The notes under the pieces are model-generated. The model was not told the origin of the DNA. It saw nothing but the letters and a program-made list of their open reading frames with translations, and made no database searches. A DNA stretch of 64,000 bases, from the NCBI GenBank assembly GCA_964035545.1, contig OZ037769.1, positions 4,321,929 through 4,385,928 of the forward strand. The letters are read 5' to 3'. How positions within the stretch are numbered: position 1 is the stretch's first letter; the number at the start of each line of letters is the position of its first letter. This document shows positions 25,901 through 38,107 of this stretch, in pieces. The stretch comes from Bugula neritina. Its lineage: Eukaryota > Animalia > Bryozoa. A program made the translations under genes and the position numbers.

Positions 25901-28900
25901 AGATAAAATCAACACTGTGTGTAGATCCACAGTTTTAACCATTGAACACATTCTTAAGTCAGTTCAATAAACTTACCAGAGCTTTCAGAACTATTATCAG
26001 TTTCCTTTTCATCATCTGCAGTCAACGAATAATGAAATTATATCAGAACTGACAAATTAGCTAGGAAATAATTCATATATTTATCAATATACCAAAATTA
26101 TGTTAATTGAAAGATGTTTCAACAACTGCAATAAATACTTTATTATAAAGAAATATAATTTATATATAATCACGATAGGCAGATGTTATTATTTTATGTG
26201 AATCCATCATTTTGACAAGTCCACATATTTCTAAGCAGGCATAATTTATTTACCCATATTTTCAAGACTACTATCTTCTGTTTCTTCATCGTCCCCTGGA
26301 TTAAAACAAAAGTAAAATTTTATCAGAACTGAAAAGGTAACTATACAGGCACAAATATAGTTCCTATATTTATTTCAGTATTATTATGTGTTAGTGAGGC
26401 TACACCTTTAGCAAAAACAATAAATAGGTATATATGATTATTGTCAAATTGACATTTTATAATATGATTCATTGTTTAAAAATTATAATGATCTGACTAG
26501 AACGAATTTGATGAGCAAATATAAAATTCTCACCAGAATCTCTGTAGTTATTTTCAGCTCCTTTAACACTTCCTTTATTTAACAAATATGAAATTAAATT
26601 ATTAAATATTTTATGCATGCAAGTTATTGTATATTATCTACTCAATAAATTGCTGTGAAATCTTTAGTTTACATTACTATTTATATGCTAAGAACACATA
26701 CGTGCATACATATCATTTTGAGTGCTGCAATTTAATATTATTTAAGTCTTAAGAGATATCAATAACTATTGAGTGTAAAGTCATATTTTTGACAAATGCA
26801 CATATTGATATGGAAACATAATTTCTCCAATTGGGATTCGAACCAGAGGCCTCTGGCGTGCAAGCAAGTGCGCTAACCACGAGTAATCATAACACCACGT
26901 ACAGATATGTGAGTACAATGCACTTACTAGTCATTCTGGGGTAAGTATGCTCTTCAATGGTCTCACCTGCATTTAAAGAATATAAACTTTCAGAACAGAC
27001 AAATAGGCTACTTCAATAGCACATTAATAATTATGTAATATTAAATAGATAACGCTATAAAAGCACAGCATATATTCATGATAAATTTTGCTATAAATAT
27101 ATTTGCATCAATGCTGCTTTTTCCACTATAACAGCAAATTAGGATTTTTAAAAATAACCCATTCAGATTGCATAAATACATAATTTTGAAAAATTCACAT
27201 ATCGAAATATGTAAGTATGCCATATACTTACTGTTTCTTGTTATATAAGTATGTTTTACTGGTCCTTTACCTGCATTTAAAAGATATACAAATTTTTTTG
27301 AGTTGACATATCAAAACTCTTGCATATAGATAGAGCTATAAAATTGTTCTGTACTATCAGACTGTTTGAACTCTATAAAAATCTTGAACGAATACGGCCA
27401 ATTTGATAATTTATCTAATAATTGAATGTCGCTTTAACTGACACCATAGATATAAATGCTTCATTAAAAAAGAAATTTATCGTCTACAAATCGTGCGTAA
27501 ATGCACAAGTCTGACAACTGCAAATATATTTATATGTAAACACTGTATACTTACCATGCATTTGGTAGTCTTCATATCCCTTATGGCCTTCCCTTTTTCC
27601 TACAACAACATAACATTTTACTAAAAGGGTAAATTAGGTACTTCAAAATTCACACATCAAAAATTATAATAATGTAAGTTTGTCATCAAACTTATAATAA
27701 ATATATTTGATTGCTGTTTATAAAAAAAGAAAATGAAATACGACTTCTATGCTAGCAATTCTGTATTGAATACAAGCGCATATTTAAATATTGTGAGTAA
27801 CTGCTTAAGTCTGACAAACTCAAATGTTGATAAATATGCCTACCATGATTTCTTTCAGAGCTTTCTCTACCTTTACCTTTACCATGACCTTCACCATGAC
27901 CTTTGCCGTTACCTTTGCCGTTACCTTTTCCAAGACCTTTACCTTCACCATGACCTGTACCATGACCTTTGCTGTTACCTTTTCCATGACCTTTATCTTT
28001 ACCTTTGCCATGACCTTTACCATGACCTTCACCATGACCTTTTCCTCCTCCTGTGAGTAAACAATAATGATACTTTATCAAAACTAACAAATTAAGCACT
28101 GATGCAAATTTTTCACACACAAACAGATATTATTATTGCATAATATTGTTAGGCCAATCAAGTCTATGCAAATATATAGTGTACGTTATCTTTTTTATAA
28201 TACATATAAGTAAATGCTGCTTTAGCAATAAAAATAAGTACTTTAACAATAACAAATGTGAATAATATATGAGCAAATAACAGATTCATGGGTGAATTTA
28301 GAAGTCTGAAAAGTTTACATGTTAATAAGTACGTATAATTCGCACTTACCATGATGTTTGTGAGTATTTTCTTTACTTCCTCTACCTTTTCCGGCTATAA
28401 AAAAGTCAAATTTCAAAAGAACTAACCATTAAGCACCTATGAAAATATCTAGTCAAAACCTTATGAAGATAGACAACATATAGTATTATTATTACACATT
28501 GTTATATAATATTATACAATATTAATGACTCAAACAAATCTGTGAAAATATATTGTAGTTATCAAATTTACAATAACTAATAAGTAAACGCTGCTTTAGC
28601 AAATAATAAACAAATAGCAACAAATGTGAATTGTGTGTAGATAAATTTCAGTTTCGTTGATGAATTTATATAGTTGCAAAATACTCATGTTGGTAAGTAA
28701 GCAAAACAGGATTATACCTTGTTTTTTGTGATCATCTTTTCCAGTTCCTTTATTTTTTCCTGTAACCAAGCACAAGTAAATTTTGCTAAGACTAACAACT
28801 ATTACACGCCCACAAAAATGTACTATACATTTATACACCTTATTGCATATATTAACTACTTAAGCATATCTATAACAAAATATATAAGTAAATGCTACAT

Positions 28901-31900
28901 TAGCAACAAGAATTATAAATACACTTTGATAGAAAAATATATTCAAATATTAGGCGCATCTGAATATTATATTGTAAGTAAAGTTATAAGCTTAACATGC
29001 TGGCATATAATTATTAAATGAGAACCACCTGGATATACATACTTACCATGCTTTCTGGGAGTATGTTTTCTAGTTCCTTTTCCTCGCCCTGTAATCAAAA
29101 TAAACTCGTCATACAGCTATCTATATTTTTTGTAAAATTGTTATTATATTCTATTATATTAAATTATATTGTATTAAGTTATATTTTACGTTATAATATA
29201 GCATTCAGGTCGTATTATATTATATTGCACCATGTATATTATATTTGATTGCTATTTTAACTATTAATTATTGTCTAACAACCATCACAACAGATAAGGA
29301 GTTTAATACAAGTATAAACAAATGTATTGTTTATATAAGTAAATCTCAATATCGCATGCAAATTTAACACTCTAACAAATGCACATGCAGATAAGTAGGT
29401 ACAACATGCTTACCATGCTTTTTGTGATTGTCCTTTTTAGTTGCTTTGCCTTCTCCTGCTTTAAAATTAGTATAATTTTACCAAAATTGACAAATTAAAC
29501 ACCCAAGTAGGTTACACATGCATGTACAGCTATATTATTGCATATTATCAATTCACTATATTATATTTAAATCTATAGGACATAAACATTATATTTATTA
29601 TAACTGAATGCTGATTCAACTTTTAACCCTACTCACTCAAGAATCTTAATAAAAAAGCTGCAATAGAAACAAGCTCATGTTGCATTTCAGAAGACTTCAA
29701 TATCGTGTGTAAATTCATATAATTCTGCACCAAATTCACATATTGAGTACAAAATACCAACCTTCTTCATTGCCAGTACTTTTTTCAGTTGTTTCATTGT
29801 TGTCTGCTGGGTTCAAAAAAAATGCAGTATAGTACCAAGCAGTTCACAAATTCAAAGCTATAGATCAACATTATTATAGGTGGATGTCGCATATTTCCAT
29901 GTATGTAGGACATACTTAATAGAAATCGTGTAACTAATATTATATGTTGTGTAAATTTCTAATTCTAATTATTGCACACATGTTTAAGTAAGTACAGTAT
30001 ACTTACCAGTGCTTTCAGAACTATTTTCATCAGTTTCTTCCCTATCATCTACATCTAAAGGAAAGTTAACTAACAAGTTACCTACCCAAGTATTTCGTAT
30101 ACTAAACGCTGTTTTAACAACCAAAATAAATATTTTTATAAAAGCAAATATGCATTGAATATAAGCAAATAGTGATAATTTTAGTAAATTTATTATTTTG
30201 AAATATTAATATATTTTCAAGCAAGCAAAATATTATATCTACCCGTCATTCCAGTACTACTCTCTTCAGTTTCTTCACTGTCGCCTAGATTAACAAAATG
30301 TGAAGTTTTATCAGAACTGACAAATTAGGTACACAAATAGTTCTAATATTTATACTAATTTAATTGTGTGTTAGTAATGCTTCACCTATTGTATTTGAAT
30401 GCTGCTTTATCAAAAACAATAAATAAATATATTATAATTTTTAACAAGTTGACATTTTATATAATGCTGAATAAAAGTTTATAGTTCTAACAAGAATGCA
30501 TATTGATAAGGAAGAAAAAGTTTCTCACCAGAATTTCCGTAAGTATTTTGTTCAGTCTCATCAACACTTCCTTCATTTAAAAAATTGATAAAATACAACA
30601 GAACTGGTAAGTTATATATTAAAATAGTACTAATGCATTGGTAGATCTATAAAAACTCGATCTTTTGCAAAATTATTATAATATCAATTTAGAAAACTCA
30701 ATTGAATGCTGATTTAACAATCATGATAACATAAAGAGTTTTACAATAACAAATATATGTTACACATATTCTTCACTTTTGTTTGTAAATTCATAACCTT
30801 GGAAACTTTACATAATATTAATATGTAAGTTATACACGATTTACTTACTTGGTAGTCTAATATAAGTATGCTCTTCAATAATCTCACCTGCATTCAAAGA
30901 ACAATATAATCTTTCAGAACTGACTAATTGATTAATCAATTAGCTTTAAATACAGTGATACGTACATTAGTGTATAATATCAAAGTTAAAAGATTCCATA
31001 AAACTATAACACATATAATCCAATTTATAGAAGTCTATTTAAATATAGCATCACCGACTACAGTAAATTAAAAGTTTTTTAAAAAAATTTTATATTGCAT
31101 TGATATTGGTATTGCTTTTGATTTTGTATTGATAATAATTTGGTATTGGTATTGTAAATTTAGATTCCAGAAAAACACAGATATTATTATTTGAATACAA
31201 AATACTTACCAAGATTTCTGCGGTAAGCATTACCTTCAGATCGCTCCTCTCCTCCTGTATTCAAACAAAATGTTACCAAAAATGACAAATTTAAATAGAA
31301 TATTATAATATTTAAACTTTGTAAGTAAATATAAAATACCAGGAAATTCATTAATTTATATGCAAGTACAACATTTTTACCTTGCATTTGGTGACCATAA
31401 CTGTCTTTACTCCCTTCACCACTTTCTACATTCAAACAACAAGAATTTTTTACAAGAACAGGTAAGGTAATTATTAATCAAATAATCTGTAAACATATTA
31501 TAACCATGTTATTGTATCTTACCAACTTTCTATTTGATATAACTCAATCACTGTTTTAAATCTATGATATATATATATATAGAATTTGTAACTACGTAAC
31601 ATATAGGAACATATTTCAATTACTGTGTATAAATACTGCATACAGAATTCTGACAAACACACAAATATTTATGTGTTTACTATAAGTTTACCTTGCATTC
31701 CATAGTCAGTTCTTTCGCTTCTTCCTACATTTACCAATAATAATACTCGGTTAAAACTGACAAATTAAGTAATTGAATAAACCATAAAAGTCTAGCCTGA
31801 AATTAATATAACTAAATGTACTTTTTGAATTTCAATTTAAAATATTTATGACAAAATCATAGATTTTTATAAAAATAACCAAACCGAATAATTGCATTTG

Positions 31901-33734
31901 CCTTCCAACATTAAACAATATTATTTTCTACTAAGGTTGACAACTTAAATGCTCAAATAGTTTAGATACATTTACAAAAAAGCTACTGTATATCACTAAT
32001 TTAATAAATTTTACAAGAATATCACTGTAGCCTATGCTTTAAATTTTATGTTGAAGATATTTGTTGCATTTTTGATGAAATGAACTAAAGTAAATATAAT
32101 TTATATAGCAATACATTAATACTATATATATATATAGGCAGTTTTCAATATCTTTTGTTATTACATAACTATAGAAAAATTTATACACACACTGTTTATA
32201 TTTGGTGATTTATTTACCTTGATTTCTGTAGCCATAATATCCTTCATTTCTTTCACCTCGTCCTACATTCAAACAAGAATAATACTTTATCAAAAATAGC
32301 AAGTTGAGCACTAAAATAGCTCATTGAGCAACGATCTCTGTTTTATAGTGTTTTACTATTTAGATTTATAAATTAAAGATGCTATATATATAACAAAGCA
32401 AACTTTTAATCTTTTATTCAACATATTTAATTGATGCTTTAAAAAGCACAAAAAGCAACAAATTATGTTGGTAACAAACTTATATTATAAATAACCACAT
32501 TTGTTTATTGCGTGTAAATATATAGGCTAATTAGAAAATTGCTCATCAAAATTGATATGCAAGTACAATATACGTACCTAGCATTCGGTTGCCATAATAT
32601 AATCTTTCAGGTCTTTCATTGTTTTCTAAATTTAAATAATACAATCGTATAACTATTTTATTAAAATTGACAAACTATATGTGTGCTCAAACAGTGCTTG
32701 TCGACTCAAGATTTGTTTTAAATTTAGTCTAAAATTAATATTTTTTTTAAATTTCAAGTTATAATATTTATAAACAGGTCACAACTTTGTGTGCAAATAA
32801 ATTAATCTAGATATTGCGTGTAAGTTTGATTTGCCTACCTTCCATTCTGTATCCATAATATCCTTCATTTCCTTCACCCCTTGCTAAATTTAAACAGCAG
32901 CAATGTTTTACAATGGCTGACAAATCAAGTACTTAAATATATTTTCATGCATCTATAAATATACTACTGTATATTATCGATTCAACAAGTTTAGCAAAAT
33001 TGCAGTATGCTTTGAATTTTATATTAACTATATTTATTGCTTCTTTATTGAAACACAATAAAGCAATACATTTACAGCAACAAAGTTATAATATATATAA
33101 ACATGCTTCAATATTGTTTGTTAATACACAATTCTGAGAAATTCCCATACCTAGATATCCATAGTAGTTAGGTCTTTCTGCTCCTTTGCCCCTTCCTACA
33201 TTTACATCATAATGAGATTTTATATAATTTTTTTTTATACAATTTTGTTTTGCTACAGCTTTTATATTCTTATTTGTAGCAAGCAATATTCATTATTGCT
33301 AAATATGAAATGATATAGTATATAAAATATTACAACAATATTTTCTAAAATATGATGTTTTGAATTTTTATAGATAATTTACAAATGTTAGATAGCTAGT
33401 TCATCGGAGCTTACCAGCAAATAAAGCAAAGGCACACAGCGCTATAGTAACTCTCACAGATACTGAAAATAAACATAGAGTCCAATGCAATTTCTGATTC
33501 AAAATAACTTTTTGTCAATTAAAAGAAAAACACAAAAGCATATAAAAATGAAATACTTTTACAAAGTGTGGTGGGCAACAATGATACGCATTGTTTGTGT
33601 GAGACTAAATAAGAATTACTTTTACCAAATTATTCTGTCTACAACAGAACCTTGTAAAATTTTGCATAATAAAACTACAAATTAATACATCTGGATTTAA
33701 CCATTGTAAATAATATAAATATATACTTACACAT
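19938..33734 (-). CDS. Gene B: secreted block-copolymer-like protein, ~719 aa; signal peptide + 35 symmetric cassette exons + C-terminal 12-Cys domain (41 coding exons)
   Basis: Exons 33731-33734 and 33415-33462 give MLSVRVTIALCAFALFAG. Cassettes: 33151-33195, 32839-32883, 32578-32625, 32218-32262, 31692-31724, 31381-31425, 31210-31254, 30849-30887, 30529-30570, 30243-30284, 30007-30048, 29762-29803, 29414-29455, 29047-29088, 28718-28759, 28350-28394, 27844-28050, 27555-27599, 27232-27270, 26928-26966, 26534-26572, 26254-26295, 25977-26015, 25753-25794, 25399-25440, 25124-25165, 24811-24852, 24483-24524, 24173-24208, 23815-23871, 23041-23082, 22694-22747, 22426-22467, 22240-22281, 21917-21955 (all phase 1-1, length divisible by 3, stop-free). 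Cys-domain exons: 21496-21574, 20917-21047, 20746-20809, 19938-20115 (79/131/64/178 nt, the same as gene A). Total 2160 nt, open frame. Confidence 0.88.
21241..21443 (+). mobile_element. tRNA-derived SINE with 11-bp target-site duplication, in an intron of gene B
   Basis: Same family as 5840, 39734 and 47657. B-box-like gattcgagccc. TATAATAGAAA occurs at 21230-21240 and 21444-21454. Confidence 0.88.
26813..26903 (-). mobile_element. tRNA-like (TGC anticodon-loop) SINE fragment inserted in a gene B intron
   Basis: The minus strand reads gtggttagcgcacttgcttgcacgccagaggcctctggttcgaatccc (B-box GGTTCGAATCC). It interrupts the conserved intron motif catattgatatgtgagtac, with gatatg duplicated at 26807-26812 and 26904-26909. 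Confidence 0.65.
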
Positions 33735-33820
33735 TCTGTATTTTTAAACTATTTGTCTTCTAAGAGTTGAGAAACACTTCTCTCTGTAAAGAAGTTCGAA
33801 ACCCTCAAAAAATCCATTCA

Positions 33821-34371
33821 CTTATATACTCAAAAAAGGTGGAAAAGTAGCTTAATTTAACTGCATCATAAAATTGACATAATCTTACAGGAAAGATATA
33901 TAAGCCTCGATTATATAACTAATTATTTTATGCTTAGCTTATGTTACGTTAGATACTGCGCTGCATATAATTTTAAATAAAGTGATTGTTGCATACTTAT
34001 AATCATTGTTTACCAGCTGTGTATATTATATCTGCAGTCTGTAACTACAATCGTAAGAGCCAGTAATTAGTTCTGCAATACAAAAGCCTGAGTTAATAGC
34101 ATTTAATTTTTATCAATGAGTGAATAACAATGCTATCGGATTGTGTGAAATATTAGTCATGTACTGTAAACTGTAATGCATGTTTCATGGCTCGCCAGCT
34201 GTTTATGTTTTATTTGTCTGCAGGAGAAAATTGTGGAAGTTGATGATTAGTTCAGTGATACTAGAAGCTTGAATTGGTAGCATTTGATTTACATTAGTGT
34301 TGCTCTTGTACCATAGACTAAAACTATAACAACTGTTTCGCAATACCAAGTGTTTCAAAACCCACCAGCTG
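33821..34371 (-). promoter_or_regulatory. Putative promoter of gene B: TATA (TATATAAG, 33821-33828) and CAGCTG E-boxes (34014, 34196, 34366)
   Basis: Conserved with the gene C upstream region, including the block tttgtctgca..aaaattgtggaagttgat.attagttcag.gatactagaagcttgaa (34213-34272 vs 16471-16531). Confidence 0.6.
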
Positions 34372-34522
34372 TGTCAGCTTTAGTCTCAGTTGTTTACAAG
34401 ATGAAATTTCGGGGTCAATGATACCAAAAGCTTTACTTAAAAATGTTACCAGACTGACATTAGCCAGTGATTATAATATATATACCTATATATACAATAT
34501 ATATAGGTATATATACAATATG

Positions 34523-34947
<425 letters not shown>

Positions 34948-35189
34948 GAAATAAAATGATATTTGATTAATATAATGGCATTTATTACTAGTAGTTTCGT
35001 ACACAAAAACGATGTGCACTCGTCAGATAAATTTGCCACTATGATTGCTTACAACTATAAATAATGTAATATGTAAATATACACAGAATAAAGCTAGAAG
35101 ATCAAAATATAACAAAGAGGTAGCATTGGAAGTAATTGCATGGCTATGTTACAGCATTCTTGAGTAGGAATTTACTACTATGTCTGCAT

Positions 35190-35290
35190 ATGGATAAAGT
35201 CATCTGGTACAACCCACCTTATAGCCGCAATGTAAAGACGAAAATCGGCTCCATATTCCTCAAGCTGATAAAAGATATATTCCCCACCAA
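35190..35290 (+). mobile_element. Penelope-like retroelement ORF fragment
   Basis: The translation KVIWYNPPYSRNVKTKIGSIFLKLIKDIFP matches the W[FY]NPP[YF]S..VKT.IG..FL.LI...FP motif I recognise from the region between the RT and GIY-YIG domains of Penelope-like elements. Only a short fragment is present. Confidence 0.7.
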
Positions 35291-37189
35291 AATATTCAGG
35301 CAGTGCTTTTTATTGATGGAAAAATATATAAATAGCTCATGACTAGGTTGCTAGAGTAAAACATATTTATGGAATACCAACACCATGAGTAACCCTTTAA
35401 TATATTATCATATATTAGCTACAATTTAGTAAAAGCAATACAAACTAAAATATAGCCTAATATGTTATTTAACACTTTTTCATCTAATTAAAAATGACAG
35501 AAAGAATATTTCTATAGCAATTTTTGAACCCTGTAAATCAACATTTTAGATGAACTTGACACAAATAATTTATCTAGTCAACAAGTAACTTCTATAATAA
35601 GCTACTATCTATCCACCTAGCTTTATATGGCACATTACTTTAATAATGTTAACACACTACTTATAAATCCAAAGTATTTTAATTATATTATAGGCAGCAG
35701 CAAACTACTATACGTCTTCACAAAAAAAAATTTTCTTTTTCAATTTTATATCTACTTTTTTGCATTTTGCATAAGCAGTGATCCTTTTTTAAATAGGCCA
35801 CAGTGCAATATGTTATTATTCATAAAAAAACATAAAATTTTGTTGACTTTGCAAAATTATGAAAAACTATGCAATACTTTGCAAGTCTTATTGAATGTTA
35901 GTTTTTCTATCTTAATATACTTTACCCTAATTAAATGACAAAATTATCCGCTATAAATTAAAGCTGTGAAAAAACTGGGAAAATAAATGATATAATTCTT
36001 TGATTGTGGTATAGTGATTCCCTCGTAGCTCCACACTGTAATGAGTTGTAACAGGTTGGCTGGCAAATTAGAGGTCTGTAGCAAACAAACTATAAGCTAT
36101 AGACTTGTAATCATTACCAACTCCTACATAGATTGCTTATTTGCTCGTTTCATTCAGAGCTTTTTTCATAACACCTATTATATATTGTGGTTTAAAATCT
36201 AAGAACTAATATTTAATAAGACACACGAAAAACTGTTTGTCCCTGAAGATCACTCTAAAGTCCAACGCAATAATATTTCTTCATAATTCGAAATCATCAA
36301 GGTTTATATTTGTATTTTCCTACACTCAATAATTTACTATTGATATCGGATTCTATCAATTTCATTACACAAATCAAAAACATATTTTAGATTTTAAGCA
36401 GACAATTTTGTTAGATCATATTTTTACAAATCTTATAAATCACATATATAAAAATTCTTAAATTAGTTATTCATGTTGCTTGTTTTGTACTGCGCAGTTC
36501 ATAAATATAGAATAATGAATTTTATCGAATAATCCTGTTGATAATATCTTGTCAGGTTTTAATATTATAGGCCTATACGTAATGATGTGACATCCCCCAT
36601 ATATCATAGCTTATTATATTATAGTTACTGACCTGTTCAGGAATAAAACCTTGAAACGATATTATCTGAGCTTCATCACCCATCAGCCAAAAAAAGTATT
36701 GTATAATGACATTTTATAGTCAATGTTATGCGACAGGGCAGGGGGTTACGATGTTAATATTGTGTAGTATCAAAGTTGCTTGGTTATTTTAGAAAGACAT
36801 GCAGAATAAACCAGTGCATACCGTTTGATTGTTCGCAGCAGTAATCCTAATCCATAGAGTTGTCCTCCACAACAAACGCTACAGTACTTTAATGATAAAC
36901 TTCCGTCATAATAATCGGTATAACCAATCGCTTATACCGATGAACAGGACGTTTGTGATACAGGCAGTAAAAGTGAAAAGAGGGTAACATTTTCTATCCA
37001 GTACTTGTGATGTCATGAATTGTGATGAAAATGATGCAATCAGTTTAATTATATTAAGCATTTAACTTATAACGATAAACTTGAAGATCAAAAACATTTT
37101 ATTTCGTTTAATATATCAACCAATGGTGATAAAGTTAACCTAAAGTTTTTAAAAAGATTGATATTCAGTTTAAGACTTCAGTGATACTC

Positions 37190-37612
37190 AATGAATGATG
37201 AATGATAATATGATTATGATTATGATATATCATATAATAATAATGACACTGATACTCATACTCATAGTCATAGTGATAGTCATACTCATACTGATAGTCA
37301 TAGTGATACTGATACTCGTACTCATACTCATTCTCATACTCATAGTAACAGAGTCATAGTCATACTCATACTGATGGACGATGGTGATACTGATAGTCAT
37401 ACTCATACTCATAGTGATGCTCATACTAATAGTGATAGTGATACTGATAGCGATACTCATTAATGAGTGATACTGATAGTGATACTTATAGTGATAATCA
37501 ATAGCATACCTGTGACATACACTCATACAGTCATGAGTCATACTGATACTGGGTTTAACTTAAACTCTACTACTAGTACTAGTACTACTACTACTACTAG
37601 TACTAGTACTAT
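37190..37612. repeat. Degenerate hexamer satellite (ATACTC/ATAGTC/ATAGTG/ATACTG) followed by (ACT)n
   Basis: Directly visible. It explains the MSIT-rich ORF 37230-37541. Confidence 0.85.
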
Positions 37613-38107
37613 TTGTAGTTGAAATATTTTTATTTTATTATTCTGAACTATATCTATAATTATTTATGCCATTAGTATTAGTATTATCAGATTAAACATA
37701 ATATTTAGCAAATAAAGCCAATAGCAATATAATTCAAATTCAATTATTCGATACATGAATTGAAATTCAATAATGATAATTTCAGTTTTTTTTAATACAA
37801 TATTGGTAATGATTATCGTTATGTAATCGACAAATTAATATCATTAGGACAGTTAGGTATATATATATATATTAATTTGTAAATTCTCTTGGTGCAGCTT
37901 GAACACTTTTGGACAACTTAACTTTACAATGATACCTGGTTTCTTTTAAACTCTCAGACAGTGGTTAACTATTGAGTGCCATAAAGTTTTATCTACTACT
38001 AGTTTTCTAACACAAATAATGTTTGTTTATAATTTAACTATGTTATATATTTCTGTATAATTAGCTATTTCTAATGCATTATAGAAAAGTCTGAAGACGT
38101 TTTCGCC

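Noticed and set aside
26823-26883. Possible tRNA-Ala(TGC) gene
   Set aside because: The acceptor stem and D-arm are not intact and it interrupts a conserved intron motif with a short duplication. It is better explained as a SINE fragment.
37230-37541. Met/Ser/Ile/Thr-rich ORFs (also 58723-58944)
   Set aside because: They are translations of degenerate hexamer satellites.
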